Assembly: GCA_013298185.1 (NCBI GenBank)
Contig: JAAFJQ010000001.1
Span: 26,272-85,761 of the forward strand
Reading direction: 5' to 3'
DNA: 59,490 nucleotides
From: Deinococcales bacterium
GTDB lineage: Bacteria; Deinococcota; Deinococci; Deinococcales; JAAFIG01
The notes below the pieces were generated by a model that saw nothing but the letters and a program-made list of their open reading frames with translations, did not search any database and had not been told where the DNA came from. The translations under genes were made by a program, and so were the position numbers. Below, piece by piece: positions 16,638 to 25,244 of the stretch (its first letter is position 1; every line of letters starts with the position of its first letter).

Positions 16638-18464
16638 TTGGTCTGTCGTGTTTTGCCCGTAGGGGCGCAGTGCGCTGCGCCCCTACGGTTTTGCCTTCGT
16701 CCTTCGTCCTTCATCCTTCGTCCCCATTCTCAGGAGGTCATTACGGAAAAAGTTCATGGTCATACAAGCGGCTTAAAACCCAGCGTCCTTAAACTCTTAT
16801 CTAATTTGTATCGCCGCAAAGTGCCGCCTAATACTGTGGTCACACCAGAATTGGCTCGCAGTTTGACTGAGCTTTCCTTAGAAATCAACCGCGAGGTCTG
16901 TGTCCTGATTGACCGTCGCGGTCGGGTGGTCACGGTTTCGGTGGGCGATGCCAGCAAAACCGAATTCCCGAACCTCGAGCGTGGACGCGAAGCAGAATCC
17001 CGCCTGCGTGGTTTGTGGTTGGTTCATGCTCACCCGAAACCCGCGCCGCTTTCAAAATCGGATTTGTCTACCTTATTCTTGAATCGCTTGGATGCAATGG
17101 TGGCACTCGAGGTGGCTGCGGGTGGTCTGCCCGGCGCGGCGCACTTGGCGCACCTGACCCCACCAAACGCTAAGCTCGAGGAAGAAGATTGGCGCATTTA
17201 CCCGCCGCAATCGGTGCAGAGCCTCGAGCAGTGGGATATTGCCGCCAACACCCGTGCGCTCGAGGAGGAATTTGTCCGCACTCAAAAAGTGCGGGAAACC
17301 AAGCGCTCGAGCGCCGAACGCGCCATTTTGGTGCAGTTGGATCGCGGTACGGGCATCAATGCCGAAGCTGCGCTCGAGGAACTGTCTGAGTTGGCTCGCA
17401 CGGCTGGTGCGGTGGTGGTGTATAAGGAACTGACCTTTCGCCGTTTTGCCAAAGCTGACACGCTGATTGGACGCGGTAAACTCGAGGAGCTGACCAGTAG
17501 GGCATACCACCTCGATGCTGATGTGCTGATTTTTGGCGAGGAACTGAGTCCCGCGCAAGCCAGGGAAATCGAGGAAGCCACCAACCTCAAAATCATTGAC
17601 CGCACCCAGTTAATCCTTGATATTTTTGCCCAACATGCCAGTGGTCCAGAATCCAAACTCCAAGTTGAATTGGCGCAGTTGCAGTACATGAAGCCGCGCC
17701 TCCTTGGACAAGGCACAAAACTCTCCAAAATCGGTGGTGGAGCGGCTGGCTCGAGTGGCGCGATTGGCACTCGCGGACCTGGTGAAACCAAACTCGAGCT
17801 TGACCGAAGGCGGATTAACGACCGCATCAGCTTTCTCGAGAATACCCTGCGTGATCTCAATAAACGCCAACAAGAACGCCGTAAAAACCGTCTGCGAAGC
17901 GGAATTCCCAATGTGGCAATCGTTGGGTACACCAACGCTGGCAAAAGTACACTGCTGAATTCCCTGACCCATTCCAATGTCTTATCAGAAAATAAGCTCT
18001 TTGCCACCCTTGCCCCAACCTCGAGACGCGGTTATTTGCCCGATTACGGCGAAATTGTTTTCACCGACACCGTGGGTTTTATCCGCGAATTGCCAACCGA
18101 CTTAAAACGCGCTTTTCGCAGTACACTCGAGGAGTTACACGATGTGGATGTGCTGATGCACGTCCTTGATGCCAGCGCCGAGGATGCCTTAGAGCGCTTC
18201 AAAGCCGTCGAGGGGATTTTAAGCGAACTCGAGTTAAACAACATTCCGCATTTGCTGGTCTTAAATAAGAGTGACAGTGCCGACCCATTTGATCTTGACA
18301 TGCTCGAGGAACGCCTTGGCGGCATTCGGGTTTCTGCTCAGCAAAAACTGGGTCTGCCAGAACTGAAACACGCCATCCTCAGTGCGGTGAAGGATCATCG
18401 CGCTCGGCTCGAGGAGATTTTCTTAAAAGAACAAGCTGCTAAGCTGGAATTTCAGACCGCTTAA
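16638..18464 (+). CDS. hflX: GTPase HflX, long form with an N-terminal extension; true start unresolved
   Basis: G1 GYTNAGKSTLLN, G3 DTVGF, G4 NKSD. The N-terminal HflX domain starts at ..SGLKPSVLKLLSNLYRRKVPP. The first ~34 codons of the track ORF are translated palindrome/heptamer repeat and are unlikely to be coding. Confidence 0.85.
   Translation: MVCRVLPVGAQCAAPLRFCLRPSSFILRPHSQEVITEKVHGHTSGLKPSVLKLLSNLYRRKVPPNTVVTPELARSLTELSLEINREVCVLIDRRGRVVTVSVGDASKTEFPNLERGREAESRLRGLWLVHAHPKPAPLSKSDLSTLFLNRLDAMVALEVAAGGLPGAAHLAHLTPPNAKLEEEDWRIYPPQSVQSLEQWDIAANTRALEEEFVRTQKVRETKRSSAERAILVQLDRGTGINAEAALEELSELARTAGAVVVYKELTFRRFAKADTLIGRGKLEELTSRAYHLDADVLIFGEELSPAQAREIEEATNLKIIDRTQLILDIFAQHASGPESKLQVELAQLQYMKPRLLGQGTKLSKIGGGAAGSSGAIGTRGPGETKLELDRRRINDRISFLENTLRDLNKRQQERRKNRLRSGIPNVAIVGYTNAGKSTLLNSLTHSNVLSENKLFATLAPTSRRGYLPDYGEIVFTDTVGFIRELPTDLKRAFRSTLEELHDVDVLMHVLDASAEDALERFKAVEGILSELELNNIPHLLVLNKSDSADPFDLDMLEERLGGIRVSAQQKLGLPELKHAILSAVKDHRARLEEIFLKEQAAKLEFQTA
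16657..16692. repeat. 14-bp perfect palindrome CCGTAGGGGCGCAG/CTGCGCCCCTACGG followed by a T-run
   Basis: Read directly. It resembles a dispersed GC-rich palindrome type I recall from Chloroflexota/cyanobacterial genomes, translated spuriously as VGAQCAAPL. Confidence 0.6.
16693..16724. repeat. Tandem heptamer CCTTCGT x4
   Basis: gccttcgt ccttcgt ccttcat ccttcgt cccc, immediately 5' of the hflX AGGAGG. Confidence 0.85.
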
Positions 18465-18537
18465 AAGACACCCAAGAGAGAAAGTAGCAGTACCGTCAGC
18501 AAAATAATTGTCACCAGCCACCTGATTGATGTGGGAA

Positions 18538-19473
18538 TCACTCGCCATCGCCTTCTTTTCGCATCACTTCGGGTTGGCTGTAGATGGTTTCCACAGCTTC
18601 AATGCTTGCCAATTCAGAAGCCACGCTTGGAGGTTCTACCATTTGACGGCGTGTGCTTTCAAAGTTGGCTTGACTCTGCTCGAGTTGGGTGACTCGGGCT
18701 TTATAGGCACTCAGTTCGGTTTCTAAAGCAACCAGTTTGGCTTGAACTTCGTTGGAAATCCCTTTGGACTCGAGTTCTTCAATACGGCTTTTCAGACCTT
18801 CAAATTGCTGCATTCCACTACGCAAACGTGCGACTTCAGCAACGCTTTCGTCTAAGCTGCGCCGCAGTTTTTGCTGAGCGGCTTCGGCATCGCTGACTTT
18901 CAGAGCCGCTGCGTTGAGTTCTTTGACCTGAACTTGTTTTTCGGCTTCAAACTGCGCCACTTTGGTTTCTAAATCACTTGCCAAAGCCGCTTTGGCTTGG
19001 ATACCTTCAAAGCCAGTGGTCTTGGTTTTTAGGGCGCTCAGTTCGCCTTGCAGACCTTCCAAGCGACTCGAGAGAGCATCAAATTCACTGGCTTTAAGGC
19101 GCAACTCGGACAATTCATTTTCGGCGCTGGATAGCTTGGCTTTGACAGCATCAAAACCCTGCAATTGCAAACGCAAATCGGCATTGGCTCGCTCGAAACC
19201 CTCGAGTTTAGGCAACCGAGCGCGTAATTCATTGGCTTCTGTCTCGAGCTTAGCCAAAAGCGCGTGGCGCTCAGCCGACTGAGTGCGGCTAGTCTCGAGT
19301 TCACGGTTGGTGCTTTTCAAACGAGACTCAAGGTCAGAATCCAACCCGAGTTGCGCTTTTTTTTGTTGCGCTGCAAAAAAAGAACTTAAGAACCAATCAA
19401 ATAACCAAATAAGTAACGCGCCGAGTATCAACGAACCCAAATCAAACCTAAAATCCATCCCATAACCTCCCAA
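18538..19473 (-). CDS. Membrane-anchored coiled-coil protein
   Basis: 311 aa with an N-terminal TM (LILGALLIWLFDWFLSSFFAA) and about 250 aa of heptad-rich sequence carrying recurring xF(E/D)(G/A) units. Confidence 0.5.
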   Translation of the reverse strand: MGGYGMDFRFDLGSLILGALLIWLFDWFLSSFFAAQQKKAQLGLDSDLESRLKSTNRELETSRTQSAERHALLAKLETEANELRARLPKLEGFERANADLRLQLQGFDAVKAKLSSAENELSELRLKASEFDALSSRLEGLQGELSALKTKTTGFEGIQAKAALASDLETKVAQFEAEKQVQVKELNAAALKVSDAEAAQQKLRRSLDESVAEVARLRSGMQQFEGLKSRIEELESKGISNEVQAKLVALETELSAYKARVTQLEQSQANFESTRRQMVEPPSVASELASIEAVETIYSQPEVMRKEGDGE

Positions 19474-19592
19474 AAAAGTGGTTTGTGCCGATTTCTCATT
19501 TTAGAGGATTTGTAAGCCTAACTTCGGACTCGGGGCAACAATCTCTACAATTGCATGGGTTTGATCTCATCAAATCCCCGTAAGCTCGAGAG

Positions 19593-21089
19593 GTGCGTTT
19601 TCTTTTTGTCTTGATGCTCTCGGTTTTGGTGTTGTTTGGCTCGAGTTTGGCTCAGCCCCGCGTTGGCACGCCGCAACTGCGGGCTTTGTGGGTGGATGCT
19701 TTTGGTCCTGGGTTCAAAACCCAAGCCGAAGTCAATGACTTAATTGCCTATGCCCAAAAACTCAAGCTCAATGCACTGTTTGTTCAAGTCGGACGGCGCA
19801 TGGATTGTTTTTGCAACCGCTCGAGCGTCCCGCGCAGCTCTGACCCAAAACTGGCTAAGAACTTTGATCCACTGGCGGCAATCATTCAAAAAGCCAAGCC
19901 ACTTGGTATCCAAGTTCATGCGTGGATCATCACCACAGCTGCGTTTAACTCGGCTGAACCACAATTCTCGAGCAATCATGTCATGGCAACCCATGGGCGC
20001 ACCAGCCCTGACCCTTGGGTGACAATGAACACGGCGGGTAACAGCCGCATTGGACGCGATGAAATCCTTGATGTTGGACATCCTGCGGCGGCTGATTACA
20101 TTGCTAAGTTCTATATTTCGGTTCTCGAGAATTACGACATAGACGGGATTCAATTTGATCGGGTGCGCTACCCCGACAGTGGCGACGCGCAATTCCGTCC
20201 TGTTTGGGGTTACAACCCGACCAGCTTGGCACGATTCCAACAAGAAACAGGGCGTACCGACACTCCCGACCCACTCGATGCCCAGTGGTCAGATTGGCGA
20301 CGCGATCAAATTACCAACTTGGTCAGGCGAATTTACCTCGAGGCAAAAATCCGCAAACCCAAACTCTGGGTCAGTGCTGCAACCATCACCTACCGCACTG
20401 CACCTCGCAATCTCGAGGAATTTAAGCGCACCCGCACCTACTCCGAAGTGTTGCAAAATTGGGCGGGTTGGACAGCCGAGGGCATTCTTGATTTGAACAT
20501 CCCAATGAATTACAAACGCGAATACGACCCTGCTCAAAAACTCGAGTTCGATGGTTGGAATGCTTTTGCCGTGCAGACCAAGGAAAGTGCTTTGGTCGCA
20601 ACGGGTGCAGGGCTTTTTGTCAACAGCCTCGCCGACTCGAGAAAGCAATACGCTCGAGCCTTGGCAACGGGTGGCATTTCAGGATGGGTGGCATACAGTT
20701 ACCGCACGGCTGATTTGGATGTGCTGAACGCCAAGAAAAGCGAAGAAAAAGGCAAGTTGGACTTTCAAAAAGCCTTTGCCTCATTGTTCTCGAGTCCAGT
20801 GGTTTGGGGAACACCAGACACCAATAAACTCTCGGGCATCCTAGGGCGGGTGGTTAAAAATGGCGAAGCAGTCAGCAACGCCGAACTCGAGATTCGCAGC
20901 GCTGATGGCTCGAGTATATTGCTGCGCTCAGATGCCAATGGGTACTATGGCAGTCCGCGTTTGCCCGAAGGGAAGCTGAGTGTGGCGTTACTCGAGCGGA
21001 GTGCGGGTAGCGTTGGTGTCTCGAGCAGTATGGATGTCAATGTGGTGCGTGGTTCGGTGCTGCGCTTGCCAGATTTGCTGATGCCGTAG
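19593..21089 (+). CDS. Glycoside-hydrolase-like family 10 (GHL10/DUF187, YngK/YddW-like) secreted protein with a C-terminal CarboxypepD_reg-like domain
   Basis: Signal peptide, then LRALWVDAFGPGF..LNALFVQV and QVHAWI... The C-terminal GRVVKNGEAVSNAELEIRSADGS..DANGYYG matches the CarboxypepD_reg pattern. GTG start after GAGAGG. Confidence 0.7.
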   Translation: MRFLFVLMLSVLVLFGSSLAQPRVGTPQLRALWVDAFGPGFKTQAEVNDLIAYAQKLKLNALFVQVGRRMDCFCNRSSVPRSSDPKLAKNFDPLAAIIQKAKPLGIQVHAWIITTAAFNSAEPQFSSNHVMATHGRTSPDPWVTMNTAGNSRIGRDEILDVGHPAAADYIAKFYISVLENYDIDGIQFDRVRYPDSGDAQFRPVWGYNPTSLARFQQETGRTDTPDPLDAQWSDWRRDQITNLVRRIYLEAKIRKPKLWVSAATITYRTAPRNLEEFKRTRTYSEVLQNWAGWTAEGILDLNIPMNYKREYDPAQKLEFDGWNAFAVQTKESALVATGAGLFVNSLADSRKQYARALATGGISGWVAYSYRTADLDVLNAKKSEEKGKLDFQKAFASLFSSPVVWGTPDTNKLSGILGRVVKNGEAVSNAELEIRSADGSSILLRSDANGYYGSPRLPEGKLSVALLERSAGSVGVSSSMDVNVVRGSVLRLPDLLMP

Positions 21090-21163
21090 TTGAGAAATTC
21101 ATCAACTCGAGAATTCGTCAGAATCTTTTTAAGACGACAAGCAAAAAAGCTGTTCTTGGGGAC

Positions 21164-21543
21164 TTATTGCAATTTCACCCAAAGGCGATACTCAGCACTT
21201 GGATGCACCACCACAAACACAAAGTAATCACCCGAAACAGGGATTTTTCCAACCCAGCGTTTTTGGTCACTCGAGAATCGTCCAAAATGAATTGGTTCAG
21301 CCGAAAAAAAGAAGCTGACTGACTGATTTTAAGTGAAGCTTTGTTTTGCGCTTCCGATTTCCAACCAAGCTGCAAGGTTAATGTCTGACCTTTGGTGGCT
21401 TTGATGACACAGGCATCGTGGGATTCACCACCGATATAGCCTTGAATGAGCGCCGAACCCAAAATGCGTTTAGCGGACGTGGTGGGTTGCGCTCGAGACA
21501 TTCCAAAGAGCAGTATCGGCAGTAAAACCCAAGGGAATTTCAT
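21164..21543 (-). pseudogene. Small secreted protein gene with an apparent frameshift at a homopolymer (A7 at 21304-21310 on the + strand)
   Basis: Frame 1 gives a signal peptide plus ..TKGQTLTLQLGWKSE..KISQSASFF. After the T7 run another frame reads SAEPIHFGRFSSDQKRWVGKIPVSGDYFVFVVVHPSAEYRLWVKLQ*, a plausible beta-sandwich C-terminus. One extra T would fuse the two. Confidence 0.35.
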
Positions 21544-21559
21544 TTTTTCAGTCTAGCCC

Positions 21560-21952
21560 TTACAAATTTAAGCTGTTTTTTCGTTCTTTCATTGCTTCCT
21601 GAATCAGTGTTTTGGTTTCTGTGGATCGAGCCACTTCTAAACTCCGAATTTTAACGTGCCGCAAAGCTTTACCAGTCCCCTCAAGCAAACCATTTGGATC
21701 GGAGAGGCTTGCGCCGTGGTAAAAGCCAAGATTGACATAATCTTTTTGAGGCATGAGATATGTATATGTTTCAGACATTTTCTTTACCCCATAACCATAA
21801 GCCACGGAGCGCTCTCCAATTCGAGGAACTTCGACGGTATCCGAATGCAATTGAATGACCAAACCGCGTAAAAACTCGAGGATTTCGCGCACTTCGGGGT
21901 TGACCCCAACCAGCAAGTCTTCAAAGTAACCGAGTTTATTGTCAGAAATCAT
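21560..21952 (-). CDS. DUF1801 (YdhG-like) domain protein
   Basis: The pattern ..AYGYG......TYLMPQKDYVNLGFYHGASLSDPNGLLEGTGKALRHVKI is typical of DUF1801. The ATG at 21952 follows AAGGAG. Confidence 0.7.
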   Translation of the reverse strand: MISDNKLGYFEDLLVGVNPEVREILEFLRGLVIQLHSDTVEVPRIGERSVAYGYGVKKMSETYTYLMPQKDYVNLGFYHGASLSDPNGLLEGTGKALRHVKIRSLEVARSTETKTLIQEAMKERKNSLNL

Positions 21953-22030
21953 ACATGCTCCTTTTATACTTTTCCATAGCATCAGATGCCAATGGATAAT
22001 TACGATTTTAACGTAATTGATTGATTTGGG

Positions 22031-22318
22031 TCAAGAACCCACCAACTCGAGCCGCACTTCCCGTCCAAGGCGAGCTTCAAGGGTAATCAGCATCTCGAGA
22101 CTGAATTTTTCATGCTTACCGCGCATCAGGTCAGAGACTCGAGATTGAGCAATGCCCAGTTTTGCCACGGCTTGGGCTTGGGTCAGCTGCTTGGTGGTAA
22201 TGAATGCCCGTAAGTCATTGATGAGCTTTGAGCGAAGTTGCAAAATAGCGGCTTCGGCAGGGTCAAAGCCTAAGTCGGTAAAAATATTTCCACTGGATTG
22301 GGTAATTGGTTCTTGCAT
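22031..22318 (-). CDS. higA: XRE-family HTH antitoxin (HigA-like)
   Basis: 95 aa with HTH LTQAQAVAKLGIAQSRVSDLMRGK. It overlaps the toxin stop by 1 nt (TAATG). Confidence 0.8.
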   Translation of the reverse strand: MQEPITQSSGNIFTDLGFDPAEAAILQLRSKLINDLRAFITTKQLTQAQAVAKLGIAQSRVSDLMRGKHEKFSLEMLITLEARLGREVRLELVGS

Positions 22319-22635
22319 TATGTTCCTCCGATTTGACGGTAACGCCGTCTTGCCAATTCAACATCTTCTCGAGATGTCTGCTGAGTTTTCTTTTGAAAGG
22401 CGTGCAGCACAAAAATAGCTGTCTCGAGTTTAGCCACATAAATGATTCGCCATTCACCAAAGACATGGATACGAATTTCGCGCACACCTGCGCCAATGTC
22501 GGACATGGGCTTCCAGTCGCTTGGGTCAAAACCGCGTTGCACAGCGTCGAGTTCAAAACCTGCTTGCCGCCGAACTTCAGCAGGAAAGTCCCGCAAGTCA
22601 TCGAGACTCGAACCTACAAACTGAATCGGTTTCAC
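22318..22635 (-). CDS. higB: RelE/HigB-type toxin (Gp49-like, DUF891)
   Basis: 105 aa. KPIQFVGSSLDDLRDFP..R...G..L..VQ.G..P.DWKPM...G.GV.EIRI......RIIYVA fits the Gp49/HigB family. The toxin-first order is typical of higBA. Confidence 0.8.
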   Translation of the reverse strand: MKPIQFVGSSLDDLRDFPAEVRRQAGFELDAVQRGFDPSDWKPMSDIGAGVREIRIHVFGEWRIIYVAKLETAIFVLHAFQKKTQQTSREDVELARRRYRQIGGT

Positions 22636-22703
22636 TTGAGGATTATATCAAAAAAAATTGATAAGTGTTTGGTCTTGACGCCGTAAACCGAATGCGGCAA
22701 AAT

Positions 22704-22940
22704 GCTCTTCGGCGTTGAATCGCAAGAGTACCACGGAGTTGAGTCCCCAGCGAGTTGCGGATGGTGAAAGCGCAACGACAAGAACCGTGCGAAAGGCAGC
22801 GAGGAGCTTTAGTTGTAAAAGTGTCTCGAGTACACCAAAGACATTGGTCTCGAGGAACTGGGGTGGAACCGCGCAGAATGCTGATTTGCTTCGGCTTTGC
22901 GTCCCCAGATGGCAGTTCATAAAGCCATCTGGCTTTTTGC
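22704..22940 (+). promoter_or_regulatory. T-box riboswitch leader (glycine-specific) with intrinsic terminator
   Basis: The Stem I base pairs GCTCTTCG (22704-11) with CGAGGAGC (22800-07). AGAGTA and GGTGAAAG motifs are present. The specifier is GGC (22795-97) followed by A. The T-box sequence is AACTGGGGTGGAACCGCG (22857-73), with UGGA complementary to the UCCA end of tRNA-Gly. The terminator pairs CCAGATGGC (22905-13) with GCCATCTGG (22924-32) followed by TTTTT. Confidence 0.85.
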
Positions 22941-22959
22941 ATTGCCAAAAGGAGGCTTC

Positions 22960-24474
22960 ATGCCCGCGCAAACAATGGAAGAACTGGTCAGCTTATGTAA
23001 ACGCCGTGGTTTTATTTTCCCCGGCTCGGATATTTACGGTGGTCTGCAAGGCACATACGACTTCGGTCCGCTTGGTGTGGAACTGAAAAACAACCTCAAA
23101 GCTGCTTGGTGGCGCTCGATGATTTACGAGCGTGATGATGTCGAGGGCTTAGACTCGAGCATCCTGACCCATAAATTGGTGTTGCGTCACTCAGGTCACG
23201 AGGCAACGTTCTCTGATCCGTTGGTGGACAACCGAGAATCCAAAAAACGCTATCGCTTGGATCATCTCTTAAAAGAACAAAAACCAGAAACCCTCGAGGC
23301 AATTGCAAACGCCCTGAACCTCGAGAATAATATTTCGGCTCTGGTGGCTGGCTTATTGGCACACGCCGAGGCTGGTGCGGTCTTAACAGCCGCTAAGGTG
23401 ATTGAACCCGGTGAATCCAAACCAAGTTCTTGGACGCAACCCCGCTTGTTTAACATGATGTTCAAAACCACGGTAGGTCCAGTGGTGGACGAAGATTCCT
23501 ATGCGTACTTGCGCCCTGAAACTGCCCAAGGCATCTTTGTGAATTTCAAGAACGTGGTGGACAGCACCTCGAGAAAACTCCCATTCGGCATCGCCCAAAT
23601 CGGTAAGTCATTTAGAAACGAAATCACACCACGCAACTTTATTTTCCGTGTGCGTGAATTTGAGCAGATGGAACTCGAGTTCTTCTGTGTTCCTGGCACG
23701 GACGAGGCATGGCATGACCAATGGCTCGAGGCTCGGATAGAGTGGTGGCTGAGCGTTGGGCTTTCAAGGGATCGGATTCAAGTGTTTGATGTGCCAAAAG
23801 AGGATTTGTCGCATTACAGCAAACGCACCTATGACCTGATGTACCAATACCCGAGCATTGGCTTTGAAGAAATCGAAGGGATTGCCAACCGTACCGATTT
23901 TGATTTGGGTTCGCACACCAAAAACCAAGAGTCATATGGGCTACAAGCCAAGGTTGAACCGAATACCGACAGCACCGAAAAACTCAGCATCAATCATCCT
24001 GAAACGCAAAAACCGATTATCCCATTTGTGATTGAACCATCGGCTGGGGTAGACCGTGGGGTGCTGGCAGTGCTGACCGAAGCCTACACCAAAGAACTGC
24101 TCGAGAACGGCGAGGAACGGATTGTGCTGAAACTCCGCCCGCACCTTGCGCCGATTAAAGTGGCGGTCATTCCACTTGCCAAGAACCGCGAGGAAATCAC
24201 TTCGGTTGCCAAGGGCTTAAAGGACAAACTGCAAAAGCTCGGGCTTGGGCGGGTACTTTATGAGGACACAGGCAACATTGGCAAGGCGTACCGCCGCCAT
24301 GATGAGGTTGGCACACCATACTGCATTACCGTGGATTTTGACACCATCGGGCAGGGCAAGGACGGCGACTCGAGTTTGATAGATACCGTGACCATCCGTG
24401 ACCGTGACACCATGGCACAACAGCGCCTTAAAATGACTGACCTCGAGCAGTTCCTGCGTGAGAAATTGCGCTGA
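22960..24474 (+). CDS. glyQS: Glycine--tRNA ligase, dimeric alpha2 (GlyQS) type
   Basis: The ATG at 22960 follows [44 protein letters not shown].. and class II motifs FRNEISPR-like ([13 protein letters not shown]) are present. The upstream part of the track ORF covers the T-box terminator. Confidence 0.95.
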   Translation: MPAQTMEELVSLCKRRGFIFPGSDIYGGLQGTYDFGPLGVELKNNLKAAWWRSMIYERDDVEGLDSSILTHKLVLRHSGHEATFSDPLVDNRESKKRYRLDHLLKEQKPETLEAIANALNLENNISALVAGLLAHAEAGAVLTAAKVIEPGESKPSSWTQPRLFNMMFKTTVGPVVDEDSYAYLRPETAQGIFVNFKNVVDSTSRKLPFGIAQIGKSFRNEITPRNFIFRVREFEQMELEFFCVPGTDEAWHDQWLEARIEWWLSVGLSRDRIQVFDVPKEDLSHYSKRTYDLMYQYPSIGFEEIEGIANRTDFDLGSHTKNQESYGLQAKVEPNTDSTEKLSINHPETQKPIIPFVIEPSAGVDRGVLAVLTEAYTKELLENGEERIVLKLRPHLAPIKVAVIPLAKNREEITSVAKGLKDKLQKLGLGRVLYEDTGNIGKAYRRHDEVGTPYCITVDFDTIGQGKDGDSSLIDTVTIRDRDTMAQQRLKMTDLEQFLREKLR

Positions 24475-24487
24475 ATCAACAAAATTC

Positions 24488-24519
24488 AAAAGCTGGTTTC
24501 CGTAAAGAAACCAGCTTTT
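24488..24519. terminator. Bidirectional intrinsic terminator between glyQS and yqeK
   Basis: AAAAGCTGGTTTC-cgtaaa-GAAACCAGCTTTT, a 13-bp perfect stem flanked by A and T runs. Confidence 0.8.
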
Positions 24520-24537
24520 CTTGTGTGTCCAGATGGC

Positions 24538-25146
24538 TTAAACAGCTTGGTGCAGCATCGTCTCGAGGGGTTGTTGTCCTGCCACCAAACGGTGGTAGGC
24601 TTCCATCGTTCTTGGATGGACAACCCGCCCTTTGCTTTGCAAGTAATGCACTTTGCAGGTTAGGGCTTCGTGGAAGGCACGCTCGAGGTCAAGGAAAGCC
24701 AGTTCGCGGATGTTGTCATTGACACCACGCCCTGGTTCGGACACATCAGCAACATACACACAAATCGAAAGTAAATTCCCATCTCGAGGACCAGTCACAT
24801 GTTCTTCGACCGCATCCAAAATGGCTTGGTCTTGGATACCCCACTGCTCGAGGATGACCCGACCAGCCCGTCCATGCACTGCCATGGGGTGATCGGCATC
24901 GGCTTCGGTTTCTGGTGGGGCGAGGCGCAGTAATTCCTGCGGGGGTAAATCCCGTGCGACATCGTGCAGGATTCCAGCTAAAAAAGCACGGTCAGCATCC
25001 AGCCCATGCGCCATAGCAATGTCCCGCGCCAAAGCCGCCACACGTTCAATGTGGGCAAAACGCTCTGGTTTGACCATTGGTTTGACTCGAGTAACCCAAA
25101 ATGCCGCACTCGGCGTGTCTTGCAGGGTGATTGGCAAACTCCTCAC
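24538..25146 (-). CDS. yqeK: HD-domain phosphohydrolase, YqeK-like (bis(5'-nucleosyl)-tetraphosphatase family)
   Basis: RFAHIERVAALARDIAMAHGLDADRAFLAGILHDVARD gives the H...HD signature, and the size (202 aa) fits. Confidence 0.7.
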   Translation of the reverse strand: MRSLPITLQDTPSAAFWVTRVKPMVKPERFAHIERVAALARDIAMAHGLDADRAFLAGILHDVARDLPPQELLRLAPPETEADADHPMAVHGRAGRVILEQWGIQDQAILDAVEEHVTGPRDGNLLSICVYVADVSEPGRGVNDNIRELAFLDLERAFHEALTCKVHYLQSKGRVVHPRTMEAYHRLVAGQQPLETMLHQAV

Positions 25147-25244
25147 TCCTTCCCTCTCCCGAAAAAGGATTGTACCCCACCAAGTGCTGTTTTGTCACGC
25201 CTTTGTCAGTCGCTTGTGAACTCGAGGCACAAGGGGAACAGATT

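Noticed and set aside
16638-16739. The N-terminal 34 codons of the hflX track ORF (MVCRVLPVGAQCAAPLRFCLRPSSFILRPHSQEV).
   Set aside because: This stretch is the translation of a perfect palindrome and a CCTTCGT heptamer array located upstream of the AGGAGG RBS, so it is almost certainly non-coding.
22675-22703. A TTGACG-N17-CAAAAT promoter for the glyQS T-box.
   Set aside because: The predicted TSS (about 22710) would fall inside the base of Stem I (22704-22711). An alternative TTGAGG-N17-TGATAA (22636-22664) is weaker, so I could not decide and listed no promoter.
22648-23086. ORFs 22643-22948 (-), 22648-22971 (-) and 22715-23086 (+).
   Set aside because: They overlap the T-box leader and the glyQS 5' end, and the region is accounted for by the riboswitch.
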